A stretch of 63,898 nucleotides of DNA, filler included, from Octopus bimaculoides (GCF_001194135.2; 6 parts of 6 records of this genome joined end to end with filler, not necessarily neighbours in it), one strand, 5' to 3'; numbered from the whole stretch's first letter, positions 39,307-52,721 are shown. Made by a program: numbers and translations. The notes: a model not told the origin generated them from the sequence alone.

Positions 39307-39876
39307 TATTACATATATATGTATGGATAGATGGATCTACGTAAGTATGTTTGTATGCAAGTATGTATGTTAGATGGTTCGAGAGTACTACTGTTTAGTA
39401 CGTGTAACCTTGTAAAAACTATTGCATATACAAGTTTTTTAACGATAGCACTACCACGTATGTATATTTAAATGTATATTTATATGTTTGTATGCCTGTG
39501 GCCAAATTCTGTCTGTGAGGATGACTGTGTATATATTATATTCCTATTTTTGGTTGTTTTTTTCTCGCTTGTTTTTCTTCTTTGTGCAGAAAACATCCCT
39601 CCAGGGCGTCCCTCGCTCTAAAATCTGCAAGTGACAAATAAATTTAAGTTTAGAAACATACGTAGTGCATAAATACATACATATATATATATGAACTTGT
39701 GTGTGCGTTTGTGTGTGTGAGTGGTGTGGGGGTGTAACGATATATAAAAGAAAGATATATATTTTTAAGAAAACAAAATATCAGAGACGAACGCTGGAGA
39801 GAAGAACCGACTTCGCGAGATTGTGCCACTGACACCGTTAGAATGTTTGAATTAGTGCTGGCAAAGGAATATAGCG

Positions 39877-39962
39877 ATAATAATAATAATAATAATAATA
39901 AAAGTAGAAGTAGTAGTAACAATAATAATAATAATAATAAAAGTAGAAGTAGTAGCAACAAC

Positions 39963-39999
<37 letters not shown>

Positions 40000-40218
40000 G
40001 TAGAAGTAGTAGCAACAATAATAATAATAATAATAATAAAAGTAGAAGTAGTAGCAACAATAATAATAATAATAATAAAAGTAGAAGTAGTAGCAACAAT
40101 AATAATAATAATAATAATAATAAAAGTAGAAGTAGTAGCAACAATAATAATAATAATAATAATAATAAAAGTAGAAGTAGTAGCAACAATAATAATAATA
40201 ATAATAATAATAATAAAG
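39877..40218. repeat. Compound minisatellite: 7 copies of AAAAGTAGAAGTAGTAG(C/T)AAC separated by variable (AAT)n
   Basis: Unit starts near 39900, 39939, 39996, 40038, 40077, 40122 and 40167. Confidence 0.92.
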
Positions 40219-40219
40219 T

Positions 40220-40590
40220 ATGAAAATGGAGGGAAAGAAAGAAAGAAAGAAAGAAAAGAAGACGAGACAGAAAAGGGGGAGGACGAGGAGGCGAAGAAGT
40301 GAAATAGGAGGAGGGCGGGGAGGAGGAGAAAGAAGAAAAAGACGAAGTGAAAGAAGGGGAGGAGGTGGTGGAAGGGAAGAGGAGGGGAGGAGAAGGCGAA
40401 GAAGAGAAAGAGGAGAGTGACGAGGAGAAAGAGAGGGAAAAAGACGGAGAAGTGAAAGAAGAAGAGGAGAAGAGAAAGAGGAAAGGACGAGGCGGAAGAG
40501 GACAAGAGGAGGTGGAGGATGGGGAGGAGAAAGAGAAAAAAAAAAGAGAAGAAAAGAAGTGGAAGAAGAAGAGGAGGAGTCGAAGGGAAA
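40220..40590. repeat. Polypurine (GA-rich) low-complexity tract
   Basis: Almost entirely G/A on the plus strand. Confidence 0.9.
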
Positions 40591-43288
40591 TGAAATGTGG
40601 TGCAGTGAAATTATTGACCCAAGGGAATCTCGAAGTGGATGCGACTAGATCCGAACTCACCAGGGAAAATACGTTACGTGGGTTTAGAAAACTTAGCGGA
40701 GCTGCAAGTGTAATAAAATGAATTGTAAATGAAACACCGAGGAAATAAATTTAGTTAAATATTGGAATTAAATTTAATAAATAAATATATAAATAACGAC
40801 ATTTCCTGACTTGGTAAAAGTGGAATTCTTCTGGGAATCTTGAATATTTTATGCGTTTATTTTCGGAAATCCTGAAATTATTTACTTATGTCTACGTATG
40901 TACAGATACATACATACATAAATATATACATAAATATATACATAAAAACACAAATATTCATGCATACATGAATACATGAATAAATGCGTACATATCTCTC
41001 TTTCTCTCTCTCTCNNNNNNNNNNNNNNNNNNNNNNNNNNNNNNNNNNNNNNNNNNNNTTAATTAATTAANNNNNNNNNNNNNNNNNNNNNNNNNNNNNN
41101 NNNNNNNNNNNNNNGAGACATCATGTTGTACTTCATCACATCTTAAGATCATTTATACCAACGAAATGTACTTCTTATGATATGCGTACATTTCAGAGCA
41201 TTATTCTTTACTTTACTAATCAATTTATATGGTGTACATGTGTGAATGTATGCATTTGTGTATATGTGTATATCAATATAAATTAATTTGTGTGCACTTT
41301 TGATGTATAATGCGCTTATGTAAATGTAAATGTCGGTACATATGATTATACTTGTACGAGCATAAACTAACATGTGTAAGTTTTTGATAGGCATATATAA
41401 CTATATATCAACTTTCAGTGTGTATGTACGTAAATGATTAGATTATTTATTCGATGTCTGAATAATTTCTGGATTGGTTAAATATTACTTTATCTTTTAT
41501 TTTCCATGATAATCTGAAATTTTAGATAAGTTAAATTTTACTGATTCTCATTTCATGTGTGGTCAACAATATTATTCATTTGATGTCTAAATAAGTTTTT
41601 GACTGGTTAAGTATTATTTTATCTAGTACTATTATAATTATTCATGGTAACCTAATATTTTAGATAGGTTTTAAATTTATCTCAATTATTCATATCCTCA
41701 GTATTTTACCTAAGATAAATTGTGAGTGAACTAAGGATGTAAATACTCTTTCTGGACTATTGATGTGCATCAAAAAGGGAAAAGGAACTTCTTGACAATC
41801 AGTTTCAAGGCTTGTTGAACGCTCCCCAGACAAGACGTGCTCGGACTTCCTTCCCCTATTAACTGCACAGATCAGCTATCGTGTAAAGCACTTGTAAATT
41901 AAGCTAGCACAAATATTCCGATTAGGCTATCCACTAATGTGTTAGAATAATTTATGACAGCTTTGTATAGCAACTGACCTGTGCTGTTGACTGAAGAAGG
42001 AGACCGGTTATGTGTCCGCTGAGGAGCGGTTAGCAAGCCGTAAAAGGTCCACCAGAAAACTTTCTCTACCTTCTTTTCTGCATGCCACTAGCATAGAAGT
42101 AAGGAGTTCGCAGTCTTCATCCACATTGATATTTTATATAATTTAAATTTATGCCAGTTCTTCTCATTTGCACGTGATGTACATAAAATTAATGTTATGT
42201 GTTTATGTATGTGCACGTATGCATGTACATGTGTACGCATTTAAATATTAAAATATGTATACTTAAACTTTTTTATGAAGTCAAAATGACCAGTGTCACT
42301 GCTAAAATGTAGATAAAGGAACCTTATTTGTATTCAAGTAACAGCTCGAATTTTTATCGGTTGTTAAGCTGTGCATGCTTTGATTTTCTTCTTAAAAAGT
42401 CAATAAAATACTGTTAGGATAATTATTTGTAATAATCATCATATACTATTTCATGTAAATGTAGTTTTTTAAGGGATAAATTTTGAGTTCATTACGTCTA
42501 CAGCAATGAATTGTTGTTTTACAAAGGTTAGCTGATTGGCAAATTGATTTATATGTAGTATCATCCATTATTCATAGGTGCCAGCAGCTGTGGACAGTGT
42601 GTGATTTAACGACAATTATTTGCAATTAACTGTCGTACTCATTGTGAAGTTGACAACGTCAAAACAATGAGCGTAACTTTAGTGTTCTTATCTATATCCA
42701 TACGTACCGCTAGTCATAAACAATACCAACTGATTTAAGTGTTTGATTCAAGGTTTGCTTCAGATAAAATTCTTTTCATAGTACACAGATATCCCGTTAG
42801 AAATGTCCGCGTTCTAAGCATTATCGATCAGACATATGAAACACGCCACACTTTAATTTTACCCTTTTCAGTTTATTTCTATTAGATTTTCTATAGAACT
42901 CAGAGCTAGTAACGCAAGTTACAACATTTCGTATATGAATATGTCTATATAAACAATGCGATCGAAGATAGGAAAATAATAATGGGTGTATATGCATATT
43001 TCAAGAGTTATTCTTTCATCATCACCACACCCAACGCATCAACTATCCACGATTACATTGATTAAATACTCATTAAGTTTAGCGGTGTAATACATTTGGA
43101 TAGACCAATTTATAAATCAAACACATTCCTGTTTACGAACATATTAATTATTGGCAATGACACAGTATTTTATTTATGCATTTATATTTCAACTTATATT
43201 TCAACCAGATTTGCATCCACCAACAAAACTAAAATGGTGGTAAAAAATATCATAAATAATTGTAATAAATTATACTGATGGTAAATGC

Positions 43289-43365
<77 letters not shown>

Positions 43366-44561
43366 TGTGTGTGTGCGTGCGTGTATGAGTGTGTGTGTGA
43401 CGTGCGTGTGTGCGTGCATGCATGCGTGCGTGTATGAGAGTGTGTTTGTGTACGTGTGCAAGTTAAAAAGCTAATATATTTAACTGAAATATCTAAATGA
43501 AACATTACACTTGCGTTTGTTTTTACTTTGTCTAAAATATTACAACAATTCTCTCGTTACTGTGTATTGTTACCCATTTTGTTTCTTGTTTATACAACAC
43601 AACGTGTACAGTGATCTCAAACCACCTTTCAACATGTGTGTGTATGTATTTTTAAAGGTGCATACCAGTACTGGGCTTATAGGCGAAATATGCGAAAGAG
43701 ACCCAACCACAAATGTTCCTGTTTCAAAATTTCTAAGTGCAGAAAGATGATATCTAGCAACGATACTGCGGAACGAGTAACTCAGAGCATGGTGAAATGC
43801 ATGTATCATCAGTACCAATACACAGTATCCCAAATATATCCCCAGTCTTCTTGGCGGTGTTGCCTTATTTCTCAGAAGTCAGGGACGACAGCCTAGTCGT
43901 CCGGCAATACCCTCCTTTACTCTCATCTGAGTTCAGTGCAAGTCACGACTTCCTTAAATCACAATCAGACGGGCGGATAGTTCATTGCGACAGTGGGACA
44001 TCATGCGTGTCCGCAACGATGAAACACTACCATTCCTACAGTTTCAAACACACAGAAGGAGAAATATAGACAGGAATAATGGGGATTTTTTGGTCACCTG
44101 CGCGCTGCATCCTCTGTCGTTGGGTGGATAGGAGTTAAAGTCCTAGTCTTCTTCAAAAAGAACGAATGATATGTATGTGTGTATGTATGTTATTCAGTTT
44201 TATTTCAAGATTTTTTGCCAATGAAGAAAGAGCTGATTTCTAACCAAGATTGAATTCATTGGAATTTCAACAGCATCAACAGGGTATTTTTGTATGAATG
44301 TATGCATGTCTCTTCTATTTTTTAATTATTATAAATCTTCTACTGAGGAAGGAGCTAGTTTCCAACAAAGATACAAGGCTCCATTTTTGGGCTGTAGTTA
44401 ACTCAGAAAAATTCACATTTGGAACTTCAGAAAAGTCTTACATATTTTTACATATACTTGTATGTGTGTATGTATGTATGTATGTATGTATGTATGTATG
44501 TACGCATATTTGTATGTTAGGTTTTATGTATGTACTCTCATGCATACAGTTGCATATATAT

Positions 44562-45235
44562 TTAAATGATAAACTTCTGGAAAGCTTTACAAATTTTTAC
44601 AGTTCCAGTGATGGATTGGGTCTGTGGTCTTCGAATCAGCTTTCACCATTCTGGTTTTGAGAAGCCTAATTTCTCAAGATTGGTATTTACGCAGTGTGTT
44701 ACATATCCCGGTGCCCCAATAATTACGTTAATGTAGAATAAGTGACTGGAACTTGCAATCTAGATAGAGTAACTGCCAATTACTCAATAGTTCAGCTTCG
44801 GTATTTTTTTTCGCTGATCTTTAGCTTTATGTTAACACCCACTGGACAACTGATTTCCACAACTGTACAGTTTCTCTTCTTTATCCCAAATCATTATGTC
44901 AGGTCTATTGTATTTACATTTTACTGAGATCTTCACTAGGACATTCCACCAGTACTCTTTTTTATTATGAGTGGCTATGGCTTCCACCATACTGTGGGTT
45001 TTTATTTCTTTGTCCTTGGGGGTTATCCTTCCGATGGATCTCGTTTTACAGTGTCCTAGTTACAACTGTATGTCTCATCGGTAGATAATATCGTGATTAC
45101 ATTTTCGGGCAATATCTTCGATAATATCTTCGGTTTTGTTGCTTTTCCTGCACCTCTGTCCTTTTTGTACATCAGGTATTTGGTTGATATTTTTGTTCCT
45201 GGGTTGCGAACGCATACCCTTCAAAGTGAGAGGTA
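44562..45235 (-). mobile_element. RLE-type non-LTR retrotransposon 3' end (decayed Zn-knuckle and PD-(D/E)xK nuclease region)
   Basis: Minus frames: MRH, KEYWWNVP, CKYNRPDIMIWDKE, IIGAPGYVTHCVNTNLEKLGFS, QSITGTVKICKAFQKFII*. Confidence 0.82.
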
Positions 45236-45529
45236 GTAATCCGGTTGTTGGTCATGTTACTATTATCTCGGAGCTTGTATGAATGTATGTATGTATGCAA
45301 ATGGATGTGCATATATATATATATATATANNNNNNNNNNNNNNNNNNNNNNNNNNNNNNNNNNNNNNNNNNNNNNNNNNNNNNNNNNNNNNNNNNNNNTA
45401 CCCAGAATGAACGATAATGTAGAATAAGCGACACAAATAATTTACTTAATTATACCAAAGCTTCTTTACAATAATCTTTGTTTTTTCTTGTGAACCATGA
45501 ATGTAGAGGTCCTTTGTGTTTTCGTATAT

Positions 45530-45760
45530 CAAAATGCTTCATAAGCCCTCGCATCTCATATATCCTTTGAAATGTATTGTCTAGACTTTACTTGAGAATG
45601 CTTCACCATGTTCTTGTCCAGTAAGAACCATGGCTAATTCATTGCATTAATAGCTCACTTATTGCATTTGCAGATGTTCTCCATCAGGATGTTTGTCAGC
45701 ACCGTTCACCATTTTAAAATTCAATTTGAGATTTATTTCAAGTGCTAATTTGTTTCAAAT
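45530..45760 (-). mobile_element. Helitron RepHel coding remnant
   Basis: NFKMVNGADKHPDGEH...NELAMVLTGQEHG...FQRIYE resembles the Helitron motif KIVIRADKRPAGEH...NEVAIVIVGEE...LQRISE; has stops and a frameshift. Confidence 0.65.
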
Positions 45761-45974
45761 TCTGGGTCTCCTAGCGTGTGTGTTTATGTGTGTGTTGGGG
45801 TGTCTGACCTCATTGACAAATTTTTTCGAAGGAACTGAGTCTTTACCCTTCAGTACTTTCTGTGATTCGAGCCACTGAGCTTTTTGACATTTACCATACC
45901 TATATACATGGACTACAAACTGCATTTAACTTTATTCTTTATATTGTATTTCTGATTTTTCAATATTTATATGT

Positions 45975-46175
45975 GTGAATCGTTAGCACGCCGTAAAATA
46001 TGCTTAGCGGCATTTAGTCCGTCTTTACGTCCTGACTTCAAATTCCGCCGAGGTCAACTTTGCCTATCATCCCTTCGGGGTCGACAAAATAGGTACCATT
46101 TGAGCACTGGGGGTCGATGTAATCGACTTACCTCCCTCCGAAATTGCTGGCTCTGTGCCAAAATTTGAAATCAAT
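45975..46175 (+). mobile_element. Meta-domain-like SINE, near full length
   Basis: gaatcgttagcacgccg...ttcaaattccgccgaggtcaactttgcctatcatcccttcggggtcgacaaaataggtacc...ggggtcgatgtaatcgac. Confidence 0.8.
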
Positions 46176-46306
46176 ATTTATATGTGTATACGCACCAGAT
46201 GACCAATTAGTAACTCTGATATTTTTAAGTAGAGAATAAAACAACTGGTGGCTAAAAATTTTGATAGTTAAAAATATCATTAAAAAAAATTAAGATATTC
46301 CCAAAT

Positions 46307-46747
46307 TTAGAACATTTTTCTTAAGACACTTCTAGATATTAAAGATAGTGATTCTTGTTTTTGTACCTTCCGAGTGCCAGAGCCAAAACTCATTACGGGT
46401 AATATAGACTTTTGAATAATGCTATTTTCTTGGTGAGAGTCCTTCCATTGGTCACCATTTATGAGTAGGAACATTGCCAAACAGTTGCAGTTTTGTTTTA
46501 CTTCGTACAATTTTTCTAAATAGATAAGAGTGCCTACAGTTAAAATCCCATAGGCAAAGAACTTGCGTGTTTTAAAGAGAAAACTGAATTGCATTAAAGG
46601 AGTATAGCACAAAAATATTAAAAAAACGAAAGTGAAAATGAGGAAATGGTAGGCCCTCGAGGAAAGAGAGGCCAGACAAACAATTCGGACCTTCAAATAC
46701 AATAGAGAATATAGACTCAGTAAAAACGTCTGTATTAGATTAATCAC
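46307..46747 (-). pseudogene. 146-codon non-repetitive hydrophobic ORF; possible class-A GPCR TM5-TM7 fragment or terminal exon
   Basis: SLYSLLYLKVR (TM5-end-like) and RAYHFLIFTFVFLIFLCYTP (TM6 CxxP-like); TM7 is poorly matched; a stop sits directly upstream. Confidence 0.3.
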
Positions 46748-46900
46748 TTATAACAACATAAACTGATTTGTTTTGTTTAACAAAGGATTTATTTCACAAA
46801 AGAAGAATAAATAGCTCGCCATAGGCTTGTTACTGCTTATATCTTAATACATTTTTATACATTGTACTTTACAGATTTCATCTAAAGCACCCATGAAACT

Positions 46901-46931
<31 letters not shown>

Positions 46932-47139
46932 ACGCGCGCGCGCACTCTCTTTATTTATTTATCTATCTATCTATCTATCTATGTGTGTCACATAGCTAGC
47001 TAGAGGCGATGGCTTCTTGGAGCTAATTCACGGCAGCTTTCGTCCTAATTTTGGGACTGCCATGTTGGCTTGGCGATAACTATTAATTTCCAGTACCGCT
47101 GCCGTAGTCTCCTTTAGAGAGACTTAGAAATATTAATAA

Positions 47140-47170
<31 letters not shown>

Positions 47171-47276
47171 CATATGCATATACATATATACATACGTACG
47201 AACACATATACATGTGTGCGTATTTATGGTTGTATGTGTGTAGAGATGCATGGCCGAGTTGTTGTATAATTTTATT

Positions 47277-47354
<78 letters not shown>

Positions 47355-47799
47355 GCGTGCTTGTGTGTGTGTGTGTGTGTGGCGGGGTGGGGGGGAGATG
47401 ATCTGAGTGCTTCGTTATTTGCTTAGAACCTGAAACCCTTAGGGAGTGGAAAATAAGTGTTGCGATGTGCATTGCTTCTACAAGAGCGTTGATTGTATAG
47501 AAGAAACAATATCATTTAGAGAAAGAAAATATGCTGCACGTTCAATTCACTTCGAAATTACTGTTTCACCATATATAATAGAATGCTCGACTGGAGAAGC
47601 CACATTCGATAGCATAGTTTATCAATGAGTGAATGACTATGAGGTCGCTGGCGCACAAGAAAGAGCCGGTAAATTTCTCTCAAATCATACACTTCGATCA
47701 GAAAAGAAAATGGTATATTAAATAATGTAATTTGGGTTCACTCTATATTATAAAATGGCTGTCATGCAAGAAAGAGTATTGATTATAAATAAATTTGAT

Positions 47800-47960
47800 C
47801 AGAATCGAGGTGCGGCAGTGAATTTAAAAGCTTGCTTCATAACCATACGGTCTTGAGTTTAGCTTCACTACGAGGCACTTTAGGCCAATGTCTTCTACAA
47901 TAGCTCTGAGTCAGCCAAACTTTTATGTTAGATTTGGTAAACGAAATGAAAGCAGACTGC
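47800..47960 (+). mobile_element. SINE 5' half
   Basis: aaagcttgcttcataaccatacggtcttgagtt...aatgtcttctacaatagc...gatttggtaaacgaaatgaaagcagactgccg. Confidence 0.6.
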
Positions 47961-47977
47961 CGTGTATGTATGTATAC

Positions 47978-48008
<31 letters not shown>

Positions 48009-48022
48009 TGTATGTATGTAGT

Positions 48023-48402
48023 GGAGGTGCAATAGCCCAGTGGTCAGGACAGCGGACTTGCGGTCATAGGATCGCGGTTTCGATTCCCAGACCGGGCGTT
48101 GTGATTGTTTATTGAGCGAAAACACCTAAAGCTCCACGAGGCTCTGGCAGAGGATGGTGGCGAACCCTGCTGTACTCTTTCACTACAACTTTCTCTCACT
48201 CTTACTTCCTGTTTCTGTTGTGCCTGTAATTCAAAGGGTCAGCCTTGTTACACTGTGTCACGCTGAATATCCCCGAGAACTACGTTAAGGGTATACGTGT
48301 CTGTGGAGTTCTCAGCCACTTGAACGTTAATTTCACGAACAGGCTGCTCCGTTGATCGGATCAAGTGGAACCCTCGACGTTGTAAGCGACGGAGTGCCAA
48401 CA
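48023..48402 (+). mobile_element. tRNA-derived SINE inserted in (TATG)n
   Basis: Close copy of 36218-36592; (TATG)n on both sides. Confidence 0.85.
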
Positions 48403-49447
48403 TGTATGTATGTATGTATGTATGTTTGTGTGTGTATGTGTCTGTGTATGCGCATATGTGTGTATGTGCATGCGTACGTGCTTGTGTGTATGTGTATCTG
48501 TGTATGTAAGTATAATATCCTTTTTCTAAAGTTATGTGGAAACAAAGTCAATGGGCCACATATGTGCAGGTATTCTCATTGTTTTAACATAAGTTATACT
48601 AAGATCACATTTCTATTAAATATCTACATATCGGCTTCCTTCGCTTCACTTTCATTTTGTATATGACAATATTTGATTTTATAACAGCATGTTATATATA
48701 AACAAAGGATACACTTCATTCGTCCGTTTTGCATCAAAAGGTTAACAAAATTTTCTATGAGATAGGCTCAATTTTTCACTACACATAAACGTAGATAGAA
48801 TAATTGCATTTACGATGATATTATGTTTAGTAACGAATACTAACAGTATTAAAAATGCACAAAAACTGCTTGTATATATATATATATGTAGGTATATAAA
48901 TGTGTATTTGTGTGTGCGTGTGCGTGCGTGCATGTGTGTATATTTTAAAATCTATTGGCAGTATTCAGTAATTTTTCATTGCTTAATAAATTTTATAACT
49001 TCACGTTCTTTTAACAGAATTACATTTCGTCCTAGAGCCCTATTTAAAGTTTTCCATTGTTGACGTTCGACCTTCTTTCATATTGTATGCCTTGTCAGCG
49101 TTTTTCTCACATGCATGCCATATGTATACTTATGATTATACACTATAGAAATATATAACACAATGACACCAATTCGATGTGAAAATGGTCTCTTAAAGAG
49201 AGCGTATTCGCACTAGCATATATTTACATAATTTGATTACGTAAAGTTTCGTGGACACAAAACGCGCCCACGTCATCAGATCTCCGGAGTTAGGCTGCTA
49301 TTAAATGCATACAACTCTAAATAAATGCGTTTAGTGCTACATTATTTCCTTTGTTCGCCCACTCTTATACAGATATACACACATACGCACGCATACACTC
49401 ACATACACACGCGCATTCACACACACGTACACCCTTATCTCTGTATG

Positions 49448-49501
<54 letters not shown>

Positions 49502-50648
49502 AAGAGATTATATATATATAAGTATACATATATATTTAAATATATATGTATCCATATATGTGTATACGCATATATATATATTTAGGTGTATTCGTATATA
49601 TATGTGTGTATACGTATATATATATATATATACACATATATACACACACACGCATGCATACACACACACGTATATACACACGCATTTTATATACGTCCAT
49701 ACCTGTTTGTAGTGAGAAAATGTTAATTGTGTTTGAATTTCTTATTACTTCGTCTACAAGAAATTAACACAATTTCCTGATATTGACTGACCATATTCCT
49801 CCAGAGATCTCATTTGAAAATTATTGCCATAATTCAATTAAAATAAATTCCATTGAATTAGTAAATTAGACCGTTTACAGTAAATGCTTGTGCATATTTA
49901 TATATATGTGTGTGTGTGTGGGGGAGGTGTGGGGTGTGGGGAGGTGTGTGTGTATAAATGTAGCAAATATAGTCTGCAATATATTTATTAACTTCACAAA
50001 AATAAATATTTTTCCTATTAAAAGATTTTGGTTTTGTAATAATCTTTTTGGCAGAATGTTTTCTTTTATATAGAAAAACACATTCTTTTTTCACATTAAC
50101 AACCACATTGCTTTCAATATCTGCAAAACACACTGTTTGAGAACATTTAAATAAGCATCACTCTATTACCAGTTCCAGCCAGTTGCTAGAATAATTCAAC
50201 TTTCATGTATTTTTGAGATGCAACAAATATGTTGAAGTAAATCACGTTCAGTTATTCTTAATTACAACTGTTTTAATGGAGATATTTCAGAATTCCATTT
50301 TGGAATTTGAATTCAAAACTTGTTTGAATTAAAGTTATGTTCACTTTAGAACTAATCTAAGGTTAATGCAAAATTGACCTGAGATTAATTTGGACCAGAA
50401 TAGTATATGAAATCTTCTCGGAAGGAACTAAATTACTCTAGTAAGAATAATTTCCTAATATAAATTGATATATGCTACCAATGACTAAGGCTTCTAACTC
50501 AGATTGTAGGGAAACCACTGAAGCCTTCCTCTTAGTGGGGTACATCTATAGTAAATTTAGATTAGTACACACCAGACTAGTATACATCAAAACTACTAGA
50601 GAATGTCTGCATCTCACACCCGTTAATTTCACAGTGCGTCTGTGTGTG

Positions 50649-50735
<87 letters not shown>

Positions 50736-50959
50736 NNNNNNNNNNNNNNNNNNNNNNNNNNNNNNNNNNNNNNNNNNNNNNNNNNNNNNNNNNNNNNNNN
50801 NNNNNNNNNNNNNNNNNNNNNNNNNNNNNNNNNNNNNNNNNNATATATATATATATATATACAAGGTTTCGGGCAAAATTTAACAGTTTGTATAACAGGA
50901 AAAGAAATAAATAATATCCTATACATAAATATAAGTATTTTAAAAAAACCAAAACTTAC

Positions 50960-51712
50960 CAACTAGATTATGGCTGGGAGATAACAGTATACTACCAGCA
51001 ACCGTTCCACTATGGCCAAAAGATGCCTCTGGAATTTGGCGCTAGCGTTCCTAACAGTGTCCTTGAAAAGGTTTTCGAACATCTCTTTCATCTTGGCCCC
51101 TGGTCGACCTTGGTGTTGCAGGCAAAACAGTGTTTTTTTCTCTTTTCTCAAATGAACCCCACACAAAATTCCATACGATTACAATCGGAGTGATTAGGTC
51201 AGAAATTGGGGTTTGCGAGTAGTACACATTCTCTTACAACTACTCTTGACTCTCTCCGGAGGCACGGCATGGAACCAAATCCTGCTGTCACACATATGGC
51301 CTTTCAGCAACAACCCTCTCCAGCCAGAAGTTTCACATAACCGTCTGAATAGGGGCTCAGAAGCTTTTCAAAGATTTGGGGCGACATGACGTCATCCTCA
51401 CTGGAGACACATCCAAAGGCCATTACAGTTTTTATGATATCCGTGTCACATCTTACAGTCTTTATAATGCTCACAGAACATTGGAGCAGTAGTCATGATG
51501 TCGGCATTTTGATACCTGGCGCAAAACATCATGATATAGGTAACTTTATTCCAATATTTAGATGACTTCCAGTCTTCTGCGTCAGTTAATTTTCTTTCAA
51601 CTACAGCATGAATGTTTATGCTCTCCAAGAACGTTGACTGTTCACCAATTCATGAAGCTATTTTTGAAAAAGGGAGACAGAGAATATCGTCATATTTAGT
51701 CCGAACACCCTG
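50960..51712 (-). mobile_element. Internally deleted DD37D-type Tc1/mariner relic
   Basis: Terminus TA|CAGGGTG on the minus strand (51712); fragments VMAFGCVSSEDDVM and ERPYV*QQD. Confidence 0.7.
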
Positions 51713-51714
51713 TA

Positions 51715-52260
51715 TATATATATAATATATTAAAAGTCAGTTTCAATCTTGCTTGCTTGTTTGCAATGTTAGTCAGCGAAACTGGCACAAAATGGGAAAC
51801 TACCATGAATTAAGTTTACCCTACAATGTTAATGCGAATCGAATGAAACAAGTCTTGCGTAAATCGGTTAAGTAGTTTTCAAGATATTAGAGATTTTCAC
51901 GGTATAGATACCCAAAACGGTGCATGACGGGAAAATATTTCGAAAACTCTTACCTTTCATTTAGACTGAGTTTTTTCGAGTGTATTCAACATATTTGGCT
52001 CCAATTTCTAGAGTGCCCTGCTACCACGTAACAGGTATTTGCGATAAAGGACCCGAAATATTTGTTACATGGTAGCAGGGCGTGCAAGAAATAGCAGCCA
52101 AGTCTTTCCTTTTCTGGGGAAAGGAGCCGTTTACACGTGATTTGGCAGTCATATTCGATGAAGGCATGCGAAATAAGCTGGAAAAAAACCTACGAAACAA
52201 AACTTCATTGCTAGGAAACTCAGAGTTTCCCGGTGACCCAACGGATCACGGGTGGTCTAG
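51715..52260 (+). mobile_element. Non-autonomous Helitron-like element
   Basis: 3' hairpin CCCGGTGACC-CAAC-GGATCACGGG (52229-52252), then TGGT CTAG|T; internal inverted repeat at 52016-52080; the 5' end is only approximate. Confidence 0.55.
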
Positions 52261-52659
52261 TATATATGTATATATAATTGTTTTCTTAAAGCTGCAAAAA
52301 CATTGTTGGACAGTTGTGACTACAATTGTCCAACGAAGAGGAACGTGAAACTTTAAGTCACAATTTTTCGTGATGTTTTTGAAACCTATTACTCTACTTT
52401 CGGTATTTGAGTACTATTTTTTCCTCCTTGTTTTTATTTTATTTAAGTGCTTGCTCGTGTATATATATATATAAATATATATANNNNNNNNNNNNNNNNN
52501 NNNNNNNNNNNNNNNNNNNNNNNNNNNNNNNNNNNNNNNNNNNNNNNNNNNNNNNNNNNNNNNNNNNNNNNNNNNNNNNNNNNNNNNNNNNNNNNNNNNN
52601 NNNNNNNNNNNNNNNNNNNNNNNNNNNNNNNNNNNNNNNNNNNNNNNNNNNNNNNNNNN

Positions 52660-52721
<62 letters not shown>

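Noticed and set aside
39877-40218. CRISPR-like repeat-spacer appearance
   Set aside because: The spacers are all (AAT)n rather than unique, there are no cas genes and the context is eukaryotic.
39650-40721. 336-aa poly-Leu and related ORFs
   Set aside because: Translations of the (AAT)n minisatellite and the GA-rich tract.
43700-43800. SNDTAERV motif resembling a hAT-like transposase
   Set aside because: Too short, and the surrounding sequence is too divergent to support a call without a database search.
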